Assembly: GCF_022539665.2 (NCBI RefSeq) | Contig: NC_081332.1 | Span: 7,006,001-7,070,000 of the forward strand | DNA from: Daphnia carinata | Lineage: Eukaryota | Direction: 5' to 3' | Length of the DNA stretch: 64,000 nt | Part shown: in pieces, positions 24,701 to 37,317 of the stretch | Position numbering within the stretch: the stretch's first letter is position 1 | Layout of the letters: each line of letters begins with the position of its first letter | Translations under genes and position numbers: made by a program | The notes under the pieces: model-generated | What the model saw: the letters and a program-made list of their open reading frames with translations, nothing else | Database searches by the model: none | Told to the model about the DNA's origin: nothing

Positions 24701-26876
24701 GGACTTTAATACTTTCTCAACCCTTTTCGTGGGCGTGAGACATCAAGACGGCGCAGGTTGAAAAATTGTGAGCCCTACCGTTACATACAAGGCATTTTCA
24801 CCGTTCCGTCTTCTCGGCTGCTATCTTCCCTGATCTGGATCGGTTCCTTGGAGGCTTGGTTCATGAAGATGACGGCGCTGATCTCAAACCTTCCATCGTC
24901 GATACGCGTCCAATGGTCGACGTGTGTGAGATGCTGGGTCGTTTGACATACTTCTTTTCGTCGAACTTTACACTTTTGGACGTCGATGTGGGTAAAGACT
25001 CGAATACATTTTTTCCATGCTTCTTGCTCATGGATTTCAACGTTACCCAGTCGTCTAAGTCTAGAACATTCAGTTCTACGCCTGGCCTTTTCCGTTCCAC
25101 TTATCCTTGACTTAAGGCGTCAAGTTTGCTTTAAGAGCCATCTAGGTGGTACGGCTGTAGAGCTCGTGCGTATACTTCGATTTTGAAAGCATGGCTACTG
25201 CCCCATGAAGATGGTTTGCGAAAGTTTTGAGGCTGGCGGAATCTAGGCTCCGCTCAATGGCGGGACCTGTAGAAGGTCGTCGAGATATATCTGATCCATA
25301 ATCTCCGTACGACCGTAGACTGCGTCCAGACGCTCCCATACCACGGAGTACATTGTTCCGTAGGTCAGACATTCGCCTATCTTATTGCCACTTTTAGGCT
25401 AGCAGCTTCTCCAACATGAAAAGGAGTACCGGGGAGTCCTCATACTCTTCGTACAAGGCTTGGAATTTGGCCTTGAATCTAGCGTAATTTTTCGGATTAT
25501 TGTCAAACGGTTAGATCTTGAAGTGTAGAGGTTTTATACGACTACAGCAGCCACAGTGAAGTCGATTGACTTTACCGAGGTTATGTGGCGCGAAACTTCG
25601 TCGTGATCTGTCAGGTCGCAACTGGAAGACGTCGTGACCAAAGTCCCTCGCCGCGGGTCTCGTGGAGATAGATCAGCGGCTACTAATTTTCTACGATGTG
25701 GGACTGCATCATCGATCGTCTTGGAAGGGGACAAGGTTGAAACATCTTGACGAGTTGGTAAGATCTGTGATCGCTCTGGAAGTCGTTGATCTTGAAACGT
25801 TCGGGTGTGAACCTTCATCACATCTATTTTCGATCGAAGGTCTTCGATTTTGGCGCTCAACTCCACCTTAACTGCGTCATTGTTCTGATCCAAACCGTCC
25901 AATGTTCGATGTGCTTCCCTGAATAGCGTGTTGTTGGCAGCAATATCGTTGGACGTAACTCTTGAGCTGTCAATGGGTTAACTCTTCACTCATACTTCTT
26001 AACGCCTAAGGGTTTCTGTGACGAAAGTTGTATTTGCCTCCATCTGGGCCCATGCGGTTCACAACTTCAATTCCAGCTTCAGCATCTGGGCTTGGGTCTC
26101 TAAATCCCCATGGCTTGATTGTTGCAGAAGGCTGGTTGGCTTAGCGTTGGAATTCCTCTTTCGGACAACGTGGTACTGCTTGTGATGTCCGAGGCTGATG
26201 TCCCGATCGAACTGTCGGAAGGATTTGAGGAAGTGGCGGAACGACTTGAAATTTGATAATTTCCCCATGATCAGGTTTGAGGTCTACTTCCCACTTTTCA
26301 CATGCTTGACGTTGCTGATCGGTCTGGCCGGATATACTTTCTGTGTATTTGAGATGTATTTCTTTGAGCTTGTCGTAGATAACAATCAATTCGTCACGCC
26401 ATGCTGTTACTTGCAATTTTTTCAATCTGATTGCTCCCATCTTGTGGTCTTCCACTGCCTTTCTGAGCTGTGTCGTTAACTTCGTGTGGGCCGCCTTGCT
26501 GTTCCCTCGTTTCTTTTTGAGATCGTTTTCAGGAAGTAGTGGGCTCACACTCTTCTGCCGTTCAGGTTATGATGCGTCTACCATTGGGTTGTGTCCGTCC
26601 ATGTCCTTATTTTCGGCTTTAGGTACGGCTTCACTCATGACGTAGAGACGTTATTATAGGCTGATAGAGCCAGACGTTAACAGATGGCGATGATTCAGGT
26701 AGATACGCCGACCCTCTAGTCCGATAGCAAACACGTGATAGACAGGGCTTAGCCTTCAGGCTGGCGTAGACGTCTGCCAAAGTGCGTGTGCCAAAACAGA
26801 GGAAAATATCCGACGATGTTACAAATCTGGTGAGGTTTTACAAACGAGGAGAACAAAAATGCACGTGCTCGTCAAA

Positions 26877-26894
26877 TCCCGGGTTTCGGCACCA
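26877..26894 (-). promoter_or_regulatory. Primer binding site, tRNA-Phe
   Basis: Minus strand TGGTGCCGAAACCCGGGA, the 18-nt complement of the tRNA-Phe(GAA) 3' end, 2 nt from the LTR. Confidence 0.85.
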
Positions 26895-26896
26895 TT

Positions 26897-27121
26897 TGTT
26901 ACTAACTCCGTGCTGGGAGAGTAACAGAGAAAGAAATCATGAGGGGGATGATGAAAATGAATGAAAGCAAAAGAATGGCTGTCGTGGGATGGCGACACTT
27001 TCTGTATGAGATATATTCTGAGTACGAGAGAGAGACAATGGGAAAACGAAGACTGATTGGACACAAAGAAAAACTGAGACGGCTGACTCTGGGGGGTGTA
27101 CTAAATATAACTGCCCGAACC
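26897..27121 (-). repeat. BEL LTR preceded by a G-rich PPT and followed by the PBS
   Basis: Minus strand: poly-G/gcgaggg tract, then gttcggg...cccagcacggagttagtaaca. Confidence 0.7.
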
Positions 27122-27474
27122 CCTCGCCCCCCCCCCCCCCCCAAAAAAAAAAAAAACAGAACAAAGAAAACAAAGAGACAAAAAAAAACAAGCCTTACTA
27201 AACAAGCAGGCCTGTGCCTCCCTACAGCCCTGCCCACGAGGGCAGCACCGTAAGTGACATATGCAAGGTAAATATATCAAACCCATCAACGTAAATCTGC
27301 TTCTACATTTAGCTATGTGAGATGAAATATTCAATGGTTTTTAACATTGACAAAGTAGCCCATATGCTTGTAAAGGACTAAAGATCTCCTGTCTAATTGT
27401 AAAAACGTTGAACTTTTTCATTTTTGATAACCTTCCGATGGTTGCCGAATGGTTAAAAGCTCATTGAAACCACT

Positions 27475-27547
27475 GGTCTCATGGCTTAGAAGGCAAAGCG
27501 CCTGTCTAGTAAGCAGAAGATCACGAGTTCGAATATCTTTGAGACCT
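27475..27547 (+). tRNA. tRNA-Thr(AGT)-like gene, T-stem degenerate
   Basis: Perfect acceptor stem GGTCTCA/TGAGACC, D stem GCTT/AAGC, loop CT-AGT-AA, GTTCGAAT B box, T discriminator; two T-stem mismatches. Confidence 0.7.
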
Positions 27548-27775
27548 ATTAGATTCATGATATGCAAAGCAAATTTATCAAACACACTAACGTATATCTG
27601 CTTATACACTTATTTGTAACAAATTAAATATTTAATGGTTTGGAACATTGTCAAAGTAGCCCATAGGATGTAAAGGATTAAAGATCTCCTTTCAAATGAT
27701 CGTAAAAATGTTGAACGCAACCATTTTTGATAACCTTCCGAATTTCCTAAAGGTTAATAGCTCATTGAAATCAAT

Positions 27776-27849
27776 GGCTTCATGGCGTGTATGGCAAAGC
27801 GCCTGCTTTGCATGCAGGTGATCACGAGTTCGAGTCTCGTTTGGAGCCT
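27776..27849 (+). tRNA. tRNA-like gene with Thr-like body and TGC (Ala) anticodon
   Basis: GGCTTCA/TGGAGCC acceptor stem, perfect CCTGC/GCAGG anticodon stem with loop TT-TGC-AT, perfect ACGAG/CTCGT T stem, one extra T before the acceptor 3' strand. Confidence 0.7.
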
Positions 27850-30800
27850 ATTAGATTAATAATCTGCAATCGCTGGTCCCATGGCTTGGATTTCAAGGGG
27901 CTTTGCTATTACATTACTACTAGATTAATGGTATGCAAATATCTAACAGCTGAATGTAAATCTGCTTCTAGATTTGTTTGTGTGATTTTCCTAATAATGA
28001 AGTATGTAATGCATTAAAAAATCGATATAGTAGCCCATTTCTTGTAATCGATTAATGAGCTTCGCTCTAATTTCTTATACATTCGAATTGTAAAAATGTT
28101 GACCTTATCCATTTTTGATAACCTTCCGAATTTTCCAATTGTTAATAGCTTTGAAAAACTACTACACCCACTATTAACCAGATGTTTCAAATCAAATCGG
28201 CAAACGCTCAATAGAAATGGATATTACAAATGCATCGTATGACCAGCCACATGAAGCAAATTCTACAGATGAACTCAATAAATTTACAAAGGCTCATCAG
28301 ATGACACTGCAGATGAACCCGCATTTGATCAGGTCACTCCAGTTGCCACCTTTGAGTCAAAACCCAATCGATTGCCAGTGAAGCCTGCAGATCAGCTAAG
28401 AACTAAGGTAACATTACCTCAGACCACCAAAAGAAATAGTAAAAAATACCGTTTGATTTATGAAAATTTAAGGCCAAGGCGCAAAGCGCAAGTTATAGTT
28501 CGCTTGGGCATTAAAGATTGACCGGGCGATCAATCTTGTTAGTGGGAGTAATTTCGCGATCATAACTTTGTAATAGTTAATTATTAATGTTGTTCCTCGG
28601 GCAAAATTTACGACGAGATGGGTCTTCGGCTCCATTCCGTGGAAGACGTTGCTATGTTGCTATGTGATAACGTACTAAGAAAAACCTTGTCAATGTTTTA
28701 CCTAGAATATCCCTTACCAAGTCTATCAATAACGTGGTTAGTACTCTCTTGTAATCTATGAAAAATCGTTTTATGTCAGTTCAATATAGATTGTGTGCGG
28801 TGTAAGTTACATTGATGTTTCGTGTGCTTTTAGTATTGACAAACTGCTGGTTTTGCATTTTGCCACTGGTGGTTAAACAGAAAATTGCCTGCACCATCGA
28901 TGCAGCAACTAACTGTATCACCACTATTGGTGAATAATCGTCGTTATTGAGGTGTTATTGTGTTAAACCTATTCGTGTTGGTGAATGGTCCCGTTTTGCC
29001 CGTGACAATATGTTAAAATGTTGGATCACGGCTAACGTTTGCCGCATCTGCATTTTCGTTTCTATGTGGTTGAACTATAAATGGTGTACCATCTGGATCA
29101 TGGGACTAGAAAAATATGTTTTCTATAATGTTCTACCGAGAAAGATATCACACATCTCTTAGAAAAACAAAACTTTTTTGCATTGCACCTCTTTTCATTA
29201 TCAACAGAAAATGATGAACCTATCTTTCTTGAACTTGAACTTCAATCCCTCAAGGAAGCATTTGAAAAATTTTGATTTTTGGCTTCTCAAAAGAGCTAGA
29301 AGAATTCACAAAAAATCCCAAGTTTTCTTTCACAGCCTCTTGTTTGATAATTTGTTAACAAAAAAGCAGTAATCAGAAAACCTGCTAACTAAAAAGCAAA
29401 GAAAAGATTGATATTTCACTTTGCCATCCTTAATTTTTGCGAAATTCGTTTTCAAAATGTTTCTTATCCTGTATTTTGACAAATACTTCTTTCAAGTTCA
29501 GTGTTTTTTTATTGACCAACTTATTCACATTTTAAATGAGCTTTTCCACACAGTGAGGCAAATTGGTAAAATTTTCATGTCATTTCTTGTGTTATTGAAA
29601 CCTACTTTTCTTATTTTAACATATGCAATCCGATAAAGCAGCTGAACAACAATCGTTACAGTATGAACTGTTGTGCAGCAGACAGCACAATTCCCTGCCA
29701 AAGCACACTCAATGTACAACAGCACCAGACTATCAACACGACATTATAATTTTCACTGCTAGAGGCCAAAATTTCATAGCAAAATTATCGTGAACGTGGT
29801 CAGAAAACTTTGATCGTCGATCCCATCAAAATAAAAATACAAAATATTGCGATCAATGTTTTTATCTTGATCGGTGATCGAGATTTATGTTTGATCGTGA
29901 TTGCGGCAATTGTGAGAAAAGGGATTATTTTTAATTTTAAGGGATAAGCGGTCGCAAGATAAGGGTGTCTGAGATTTGCGAAAAAATGCGACCAGATGGA
30001 TTTTTTAATTATTATTTTTATTTCTCTCTGTGCGCAAAACCACTACCTTTACACGAGAATATAAAGAAGAGAGAGCTCCTAATCCCTTTTTCATTCAAAT
30101 TGCCTGCGATATTCTGAACTTGTAAAGAAAACGTGCAAGAAAAATGTTACCTATCGCTACTTTATTCTCTTAAATCACTTCTTAGAGAGTATGCGGAAAA
30201 AATTGCTTCGCAGTAGGACTATGTAGACATGGCTGAATCAATAGCATTATAGGTCTATTATCCCAAAAAGTTTTTTTTTAACGGTCTATTTCTAGTTTTT
30301 GCATTTTTTGCGCTTCCATCGCCCAGACGCCCTGTTTCAATTGCCAAGTAAACCAAGGTACCTCCTTTTTTACCCCTAAGAGATATTCACCTTTGACGAA
30401 TCCCCCCCTCCCAAAAAAAAAAATATATTTGTGTAGCTGAGATAACTGGCTAATCTATATATTTTTGTGCTTAATAAGACGATTTTTGTAATTGGGGGGA
30501 ACAGAAATGAGTTTTTTGTTCCAACCACGACCTACCTCCTCTTCGAGACTCAAGAAGAACAGGCTTAGAACGTCAGCTTAGAAACCAATGCTACTTCAGA
30601 TGCCTATACCCTAGTAGATGGGTCTCCTATAACAGCGCAACTTACCGCCGAAATGGTCACGTTTTTTTTTTTTCAAGTTTTCAGACATAGTTGTATAATG
30701 GCATCGAAAATTTAAATATGTAATAGAAAGCAATTTCTCCTTTTTTAGTGGGGTTTTCATGAATGTGGAGGCAAATAATACGACAAGAAAATTGAACCAA

Positions 30801-33735
30801 TTAGTAATAGTCTCCCCCATGGGTTAATTTGTTATAAAGGAGAAAACATTTACCTCAATATCTGTGACTTTCATTCCATGTAATATATGTAATGATCCAA
30901 CTGCCATTGGTCAGCTGATGGTTTCAAATGTAGCCACTGATCCTTTATTTATTTTAAAACAATAGAATACAGGTGGACTCTAAAACATATTACTATCATT
31001 AACATATCTATTACATATTTTACATAAATTTGAAAATCGAAATTCTAATGTTCCTCCAATGTTACAAAAACTCAGGCATCTCTATTCTATAAACAAACGA
31101 GAAAGAATGGGGAGAAATTTGGTCTGTCTGACACTGCAAACATGATGTGATGGCTGGCGGTGGTATTGCCTAAAAAGGGTTCAAACCGCCATCGGTTGAA
31201 GTGAATCGAATGAAGCTTTGGAAGACTACAGTGTGGATAGAAGCGTGGTTATAAACAACTATTCAGTCCACGGGCATTAATTAAAAGGAGCGGGCGACAA
31301 TACCTCACCCGACGGACAGAGATAGTAGAGTGCATTAAACGGGAAATAAAGAGTCGCGTTACGGGGGAGGGACTGTGAGTTGGATAACGCGTAGAGGCAA
31401 CGAGTGGTCGAACGGCAGAGAGTATAGGGGAGATGACAGGCAGAGTAAAAAAATGAGTTGACGGGCGCCTACAGTCGGCGTTTTGACGGGCAAAATCGGC
31501 GAGGGAAGAGTGGGGAAATGCAACGATTAGGCCGACGGGCCAGAACAGCAGTCGTTTTGGAATACAATGAGTGAGTTGACGGGGCAGCGAGCGATTCGAC
31601 GGGCAGAGGCAATGAAATGGTTGACGGAAACTAAATTGACTATTTTGGCGGTTAGAATGTGGATTAACGAAGACAAACTGCCTGGGGATTGAAGGAAAAG
31701 AGGTAAAAAGTGGGTCGAAGGACAAGTAAAGTTGCGTTTTGCCTGGCAGAGTGGGTCGACGAAAAGAGAAGGTAAGAGGAGGACCGGCTGAGGCAACAAA
31801 AGTCGAGAGGCCACTACAGTGCGCGTCTCACTGGACAGAGAGTAGGTCGACGGTCAAAGAGGCGGTCAATGGGCAGAGCAGGGATCGACAGGCAGAGACT
31901 GTAGGGGGATTAGACGGGCAACGGCAACAAGCGGGTCAACGGACAACTCCAACGGACATTTTGGCAGACAGAGACAGTGAGTGGGTCGCCGGGTAAGGAA
32001 AGCGGTAGATGGGAAAATAATAAAAGGTTGACGGGCAAAAAAATGCGTGAACAGTTTGGCAAGCTCAAGTTGCGAACAAAGGGTTAAAAATACGCTAGCG
32101 ATACATTATTTACGCACTATTTTGCTTCCAGTCGTTAATGAAGTGGCTGCTGACAAGCTTAGTTCCTAATTGGCTTTGCCTTTCATAGGTTCCATTTTTC
32201 GTCACAGACAGTCATTGCCAGTTAGCACATGCGAGACAGCAAGAGTTTTCAAATGAGGCTATCGCCCTGTCGTCTTCATTCTAACATCCTCCAGAGACCT
32301 TCCTTTATGGTTAAGTAAGTTACTGTGTTTGTTCGCACGTAACTGATTGACTCATACGTATTTTATTTTCAGTTATTGCTGACTTTGCTATTGACAAGCT
32401 TAAAAGCTACTTAGCTTGGCCTCTAATATGTTCCATTCATAGCCAGAGACTGTCATTGCCAATTGGCACGTTCAAGACACCAAGAGTCCTCGAGTAAGGT
32501 TATGGGTCCTCACCCTAACATCCCACGGATACATAGGATTTACATTTCTGATCTGTCAGTGGTTTAATATTGTTTATATATGACTTAATTCCCCATATGT
32601 ATGGGGTTTCATCCTTAGGTGTTTAAAAAGTGGGCTGTCCAGGTAGTGACACCAAGCATGGTGTTTCAAAAGGATCAAGAGGTAGATCAAGAGATGCATC
32701 ACGAGTGAAAATGTCAACCTTTGATCAAACGAATTGGGCTCTCTAGAACTGATTGCTGGAAGAAATGGCATGGTGGTTGCGCAAGCGGAAAGGTTTTTGC
32801 GCGATTCAAGTATTGCAACAACAGGAAATATCATCACGGCCATGCAGATTCTTTTTCCAATTTTATATGACATTTAAGCTGGAACGAGAAGGACTATAAC
32901 GAAGTAAAAGCAGGAGGGAAACATAACCTATCAAACCAATCTTCCATGAAGAATTTCTTAGCAACACCAAAAAAACCGAAAGATACTCAAAAGAGAATTT
33001 GACACTTTTTTAGGCGAAATGATTTTTTTGGACAACTTGCCTTCAGCAATTGTGCAACGAGTGCGATTTGGGAAAGTTATCTCATTTATCGCACATGTAT
33101 CAGATTCGAGTTATGAAAAGATGAGAGATAAAATCATACCGTCAATCTACTCAAGAATTGCGGAAGTTGTGAAAACAGTGTTGAAATTTTTTTATGTTAC
33201 GATTATACTTCGCCTTTGTTCATCAAACAGCATGATTGGACTAATGGGAGTCTCCTTTTCTTCTGTAACTGCAGATTACGTTCCATTTACCTGTTTTTAA
33301 AACATGAAGGAGATGCCAAAATATTTATTTATTTCTAGATTATCCGCACCGTGACTGATAATGCGTCAAACATGACTGCTGCGTTTCAACTACAGCTTTC
33401 AAATTTCAGAAGGGAGGAGAAGGAAGACGAATTCATTGAACTAGAACTTGAAACAGGGACGGAAGTCCCAAATTACATTTGATTCCAGAATACTTACAGT
33501 GTATGTCATCAGCTGACGTTTTGCAATGAAGATTTCGACACTGAAAATCTAGTATAAGATAGAGATTGACCTCGCAAAGCTGACACAAGAAAACAGCTGG
33601 AAAATGAACGAGACGGATTTTGTCACAGCCCTTCATCTTGCAGGAGTTTGCCTCATCAGGTACAGTTGGTCATTAAAGGTGGACTTAAGGCACTACATGT
33701 AAGTATCAATTCATTTTTTTCAATTTCATTGTTAG

Positions 33736-36040
33736 TGTAAAGAACGACCATCGGTACTCCTTACCTTCCAAATTTGGTCATTGTAAAATACTCAAACATC
33801 TGTGCAACAATACAACGCATCATCACTATCCAACAATTAAAAGTAAGGAATAGATTCTTTTCGATCCTTACATTTGGTGACAGTGAACGTCGAACCCCGA
33901 ACCCCTGAAGAGACTTTAATCAGTGCCCTCTCCCTTAACGTTTGACAATCCAATAGTGCCATCTACCGCCATTTGATAATTTATTTTGAAAAATGGAGAA
34001 AGCTATCAAGATAAATACGACGTTGATTAAAACAGTTTGGAACGAAAAAATTACACGTCAATTGAAGAAATTTGGACAAATTTTGAAAGCCATTTCTACA
34101 CGGCAGACTGACATTGAAGTACCAGTAAAAATTCAAGTAAATTCCATACTCAGAGAGAGACTAACTCCAGAAGATCCCAACATTACTACCACTGAACCTC
34201 TTTCCATTCCAACAATTACACCTGAACTTCCAAAAACGATAGGAGATCAACTCTCAAATGACATCTCTACAAAACTGCAGGAAATCAAATCATTCACGAA
34301 ATGCGCTACCGTATCGCATAAGCAAAAAGATTAAACCGTCATATCTTACTACCGAAACGAAGATCAAGCCTGCTCCAAGAATATCAAGAGTAACATCGCC
34401 ATTTTGTGCAGTCGACGTCCTAGCGATATCGAAGAAACTACCTCTTCACAGAGAACCTCTTCATTCAAACTTTCGGCTGTCCGTTATGCTGCAACAACCA
34501 CGCCATCTGCCGAGAATTTCGAACCACCTCACGTCCTTTCAACCAAATTCATTGCTAACCAACCCGACAATCTTCCTGCCAATGCCTCCATGAATTCTAT
34601 CATACAAAAATGTTGCTATAAATTCAAGAAACCAGAAGCAAGGTTCACAGAAACAAGAGACTGCTGCAGCATTCAGCACTTCAATGATCCAATAACTCGC
34701 CCGAGGCCCAATGCGAAGATGAAACTAACAGATTATCTTTATTATACCCTTTTTCTACACTAAATACTCGTACGACTTAACCAGCCCTCTCCAACAGCCG
34801 ATGCCTGACCAATTATTCGACATCCTCATCGCACAACTCAACACAATTTACTATCGCCAACCCGCTCCATCTGCACAAGTAACTGAAGACTCATCAACGA
34901 AAGAAGATTTCTCCGTGGCCGGTTAAATATTGCACATACTGTTTTAGAAGACTCTGCTGATATCTACACATTCTTTTTCTAACTTTTTACCCTTCCTTCA
35001 AGCCAACTTTACAGGTCTAATATCGCATTTGGTTATCATCGGTGCGCGCCAAAAAAATGTACTAAAAATTATATTATCCTCCGCCAGCCGGAGCACATCC
35101 CTCGTATCGACTGCCGCGACAGTGTGCTAAGAAATAGACGCTGTCCCAGTCACAAATCTCCCCATCCCCTTTCTGATAGGCAAGGTGGTCTAGGTTTAGA
35201 CAACCCCCTGTCAGCCACAAGAGCTAACGAACTAAAAGTCCACAGAGACCACGTCGAGTTCAACGCTCAAGCAACTACGGACTTCTCAGCCCTGGACCTG
35301 GTTATGTTACAGATGTTTCTGGCATTACGGCTACCGGGTAGATGTTCGCATTCATGGACCTCTTTATTCTCGCCTGCTGCGGAACCCACGTTCTCTTCAA
35401 CAAAATTCAAAAAATGTCGCACCTTTGTTTGCCCGATCCAACTTTGACTAAATATCTCTCTTTATAGATTGCGGGACGCAATCTTTCGACCCGGGATGCT
35501 ATGTAAGGAACGGCCATCCGTACTCCTTACCTTCCCCTCTCGTTCCCACGCTTGCAACCCTTCCCCCCCCCCTCTTCCGCCAACAGGTCATCTGCCGATG
35601 GCTCTGGCCTTCAAACTTGCCAATTCTTCACATAGGTGTTACATTTACACGCAGAATATTTATTCCCGTTGGGACACCTAATCCTAAACGACCCTGCTTC
35701 TCCGTATAAATGTTGCCCTTTTTCCAGATTGTCAGTCAGTGTGTTTCAAGCTTTGAGTCAGTCTACTTCTAGCGATCAGGCAGTCCACTTTTAGTAATTC
35801 TTCAGTGCAGTCTACTTTCAGTTGTCATCACAGCGAGTCCACTTTTAACTTTCAGCCAAGTGTATTTTTAAGCCTTGAAGCCGTCTACTCTTAACTTTCA
35901 GTCAGTCTGTCTCAGTAAGTCTTCTTTCGGCAACTAATAATTTGGTCATTGTAAAATACTCAAACATCTGTGCAACAATACAACGCATCATCACTATCCA
36001 ACAATTAAAAGTAAGGAATAGATTCTTTTCGATCCTTACA
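33736..36040 (+). mobile_element. Non-autonomous LTR element in a hAT intron
   Basis: 5' LTR 33736-33872 (internally deleted) and 3' LTR 35502-36040 share both termini (TGTAA...GATCCTTACA); TSD TTAG; PBS-like TGGTGACAGTG; no pol motifs in the 1.6-kb interior. Confidence 0.85.
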
Positions 36041-36246
36041 TTAGCTATCCACTAACCAATTCTCAACTTTTGTTTAGAAATTAGTTTCTAAGGCCCTGGA
36101 TTTGTTGTGTAAGGAGGACTTTGACGAAGTGTCGTAGATACAAAGGTTCTGATAGATTCCGTCGGATTTAAAATACCAATGATGAATTTTACTAGATGGA
36201 ATTCCAAATTGCCAATGGTGAAGTACTTTCTCAACTGCATTAATAT

Positions 36247-36609
36247 TGTCACACTGGACTTTATTTTTGTAAAGGATTTGTATTGAGTTTTAGGAAAGAA
36301 TACAAAACATAGCGGAAATGAAGAATAACTACTCTTTTATTTAACTGAATACAGGAACTTGAAGAGAACTTAGGGAATTCCGGGAGAGAACTAACTGAGG
36401 GCTAAAAATGTAGGGGCTTTTATACCACCGTGAGGGATATACGCCCCATCTCTAGGGTTGCATGAATTTTAGGATTTAATTATCTTTTCTAGTTATCGGC
36501 GTGTTGCAGCATTCTTTTTTCAAGAGAAGCTGTATTGTACGCAATTCAAACGTTGGTTGTCACGTCTTTTCCGAAATGACAATCACGTCACTATTTTCCC
36601 CTCGCGACA
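36247..36609 (-). repeat. 3' LTR
   Basis: TGTCGCGAGG...GTGTGACA on the minus strand; direct repeat of 43787-44141 with an 8-bp indel and roughly ten other differences. Confidence 0.95.
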
Positions 36610-37317
36610 GGTCCCCTTTCTTCAAGACAGGCGACCCGACTTTACTAACAATTATTAAAAGAAAATAAAGGGCATAATCAAATATTGGGGAGAGAACCGG
36701 TGATTTTTCAAAATTTCAGCAAAAGCTAGTAGAGAATGAATAACTATAGTAATAAGAAAGCATACCATAGAGCGAGGTCGCTTTAGTAAGGTAAAGGATC
36801 AACTGTAGTAAAAGTCAAACATACGATAAAGCGCGGTCGCTTTAGAGAGGTAAAGGAACAGCTATAGTAGAAGTCAAACATACGATGTAGCGATGTCGCT
36901 TTAGAGAGGTCAATGTGCTTTTATGAGAAAGGCTAGCGCTACGGAAGGGATACAAGAATAAAAAAGACGGCTATAATTAGCAATTCACTTGTAGGTGTGA
37001 AAAAAAACAAACTACAACGTTATGACGTCTAAGAAATTCAACTGCTGCGTTTCAGCTTCAATTTGGTTCTTGCCTCCAAACAAAAATGTTCACTTTCGAT
37101 TTGATTCTTCAAAATCTTCGCTTTGTTGAGTGTGCCATTGTGTGTTTTGTTGAGACTAACTTTCCCAGTGATAGGAGCCGTTTTAGTCGCCTATCCCCAT
37201 ATGACCGTGCGGAGTTTTTGGATATCTTCACGAGCGTATCTGACGATAATAAACCTTTTTCACTTTTCTCACACAGCAGTTGTTTTTCTTTCACTTTATC
37301 ACTAACAATTTTCTTTT

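Larger units (their letters stand above)
21820..27250 (-). mobile_element. Degenerate BEL/Pao retrotransposon, 3'-truncated
   Basis: LTR plus tRNA-Phe PBS; gag (PFDNNPKNYARFKAKF); RT (GPNLL..LLRFRR..ADIEKMF..FYFDN); Pao RNaseH region (YDPLGL, LHVFT.AS, TIPRL, TDSQ); start of integrase region (HPILLPA); many stops and frameshifts. Confidence 0.9.
27255..28150 (+). repeat. Tandem ~300-bp tRNA-containing repeat array, right part
   Basis: About three more units sharing ccatttttgataaccttccg, ggttaatagctc and cctattagatt; tRNA starts 301 bp apart (27475, 27776). Confidence 0.85.

Noticed and set aside
27475..27849. tRNA-derived SINE interpretation of the array
   Set aside because: Units are strictly tandem with complete acceptor stems and no A-tails or individual TSDs; a tandem gene or satellite array fits better.
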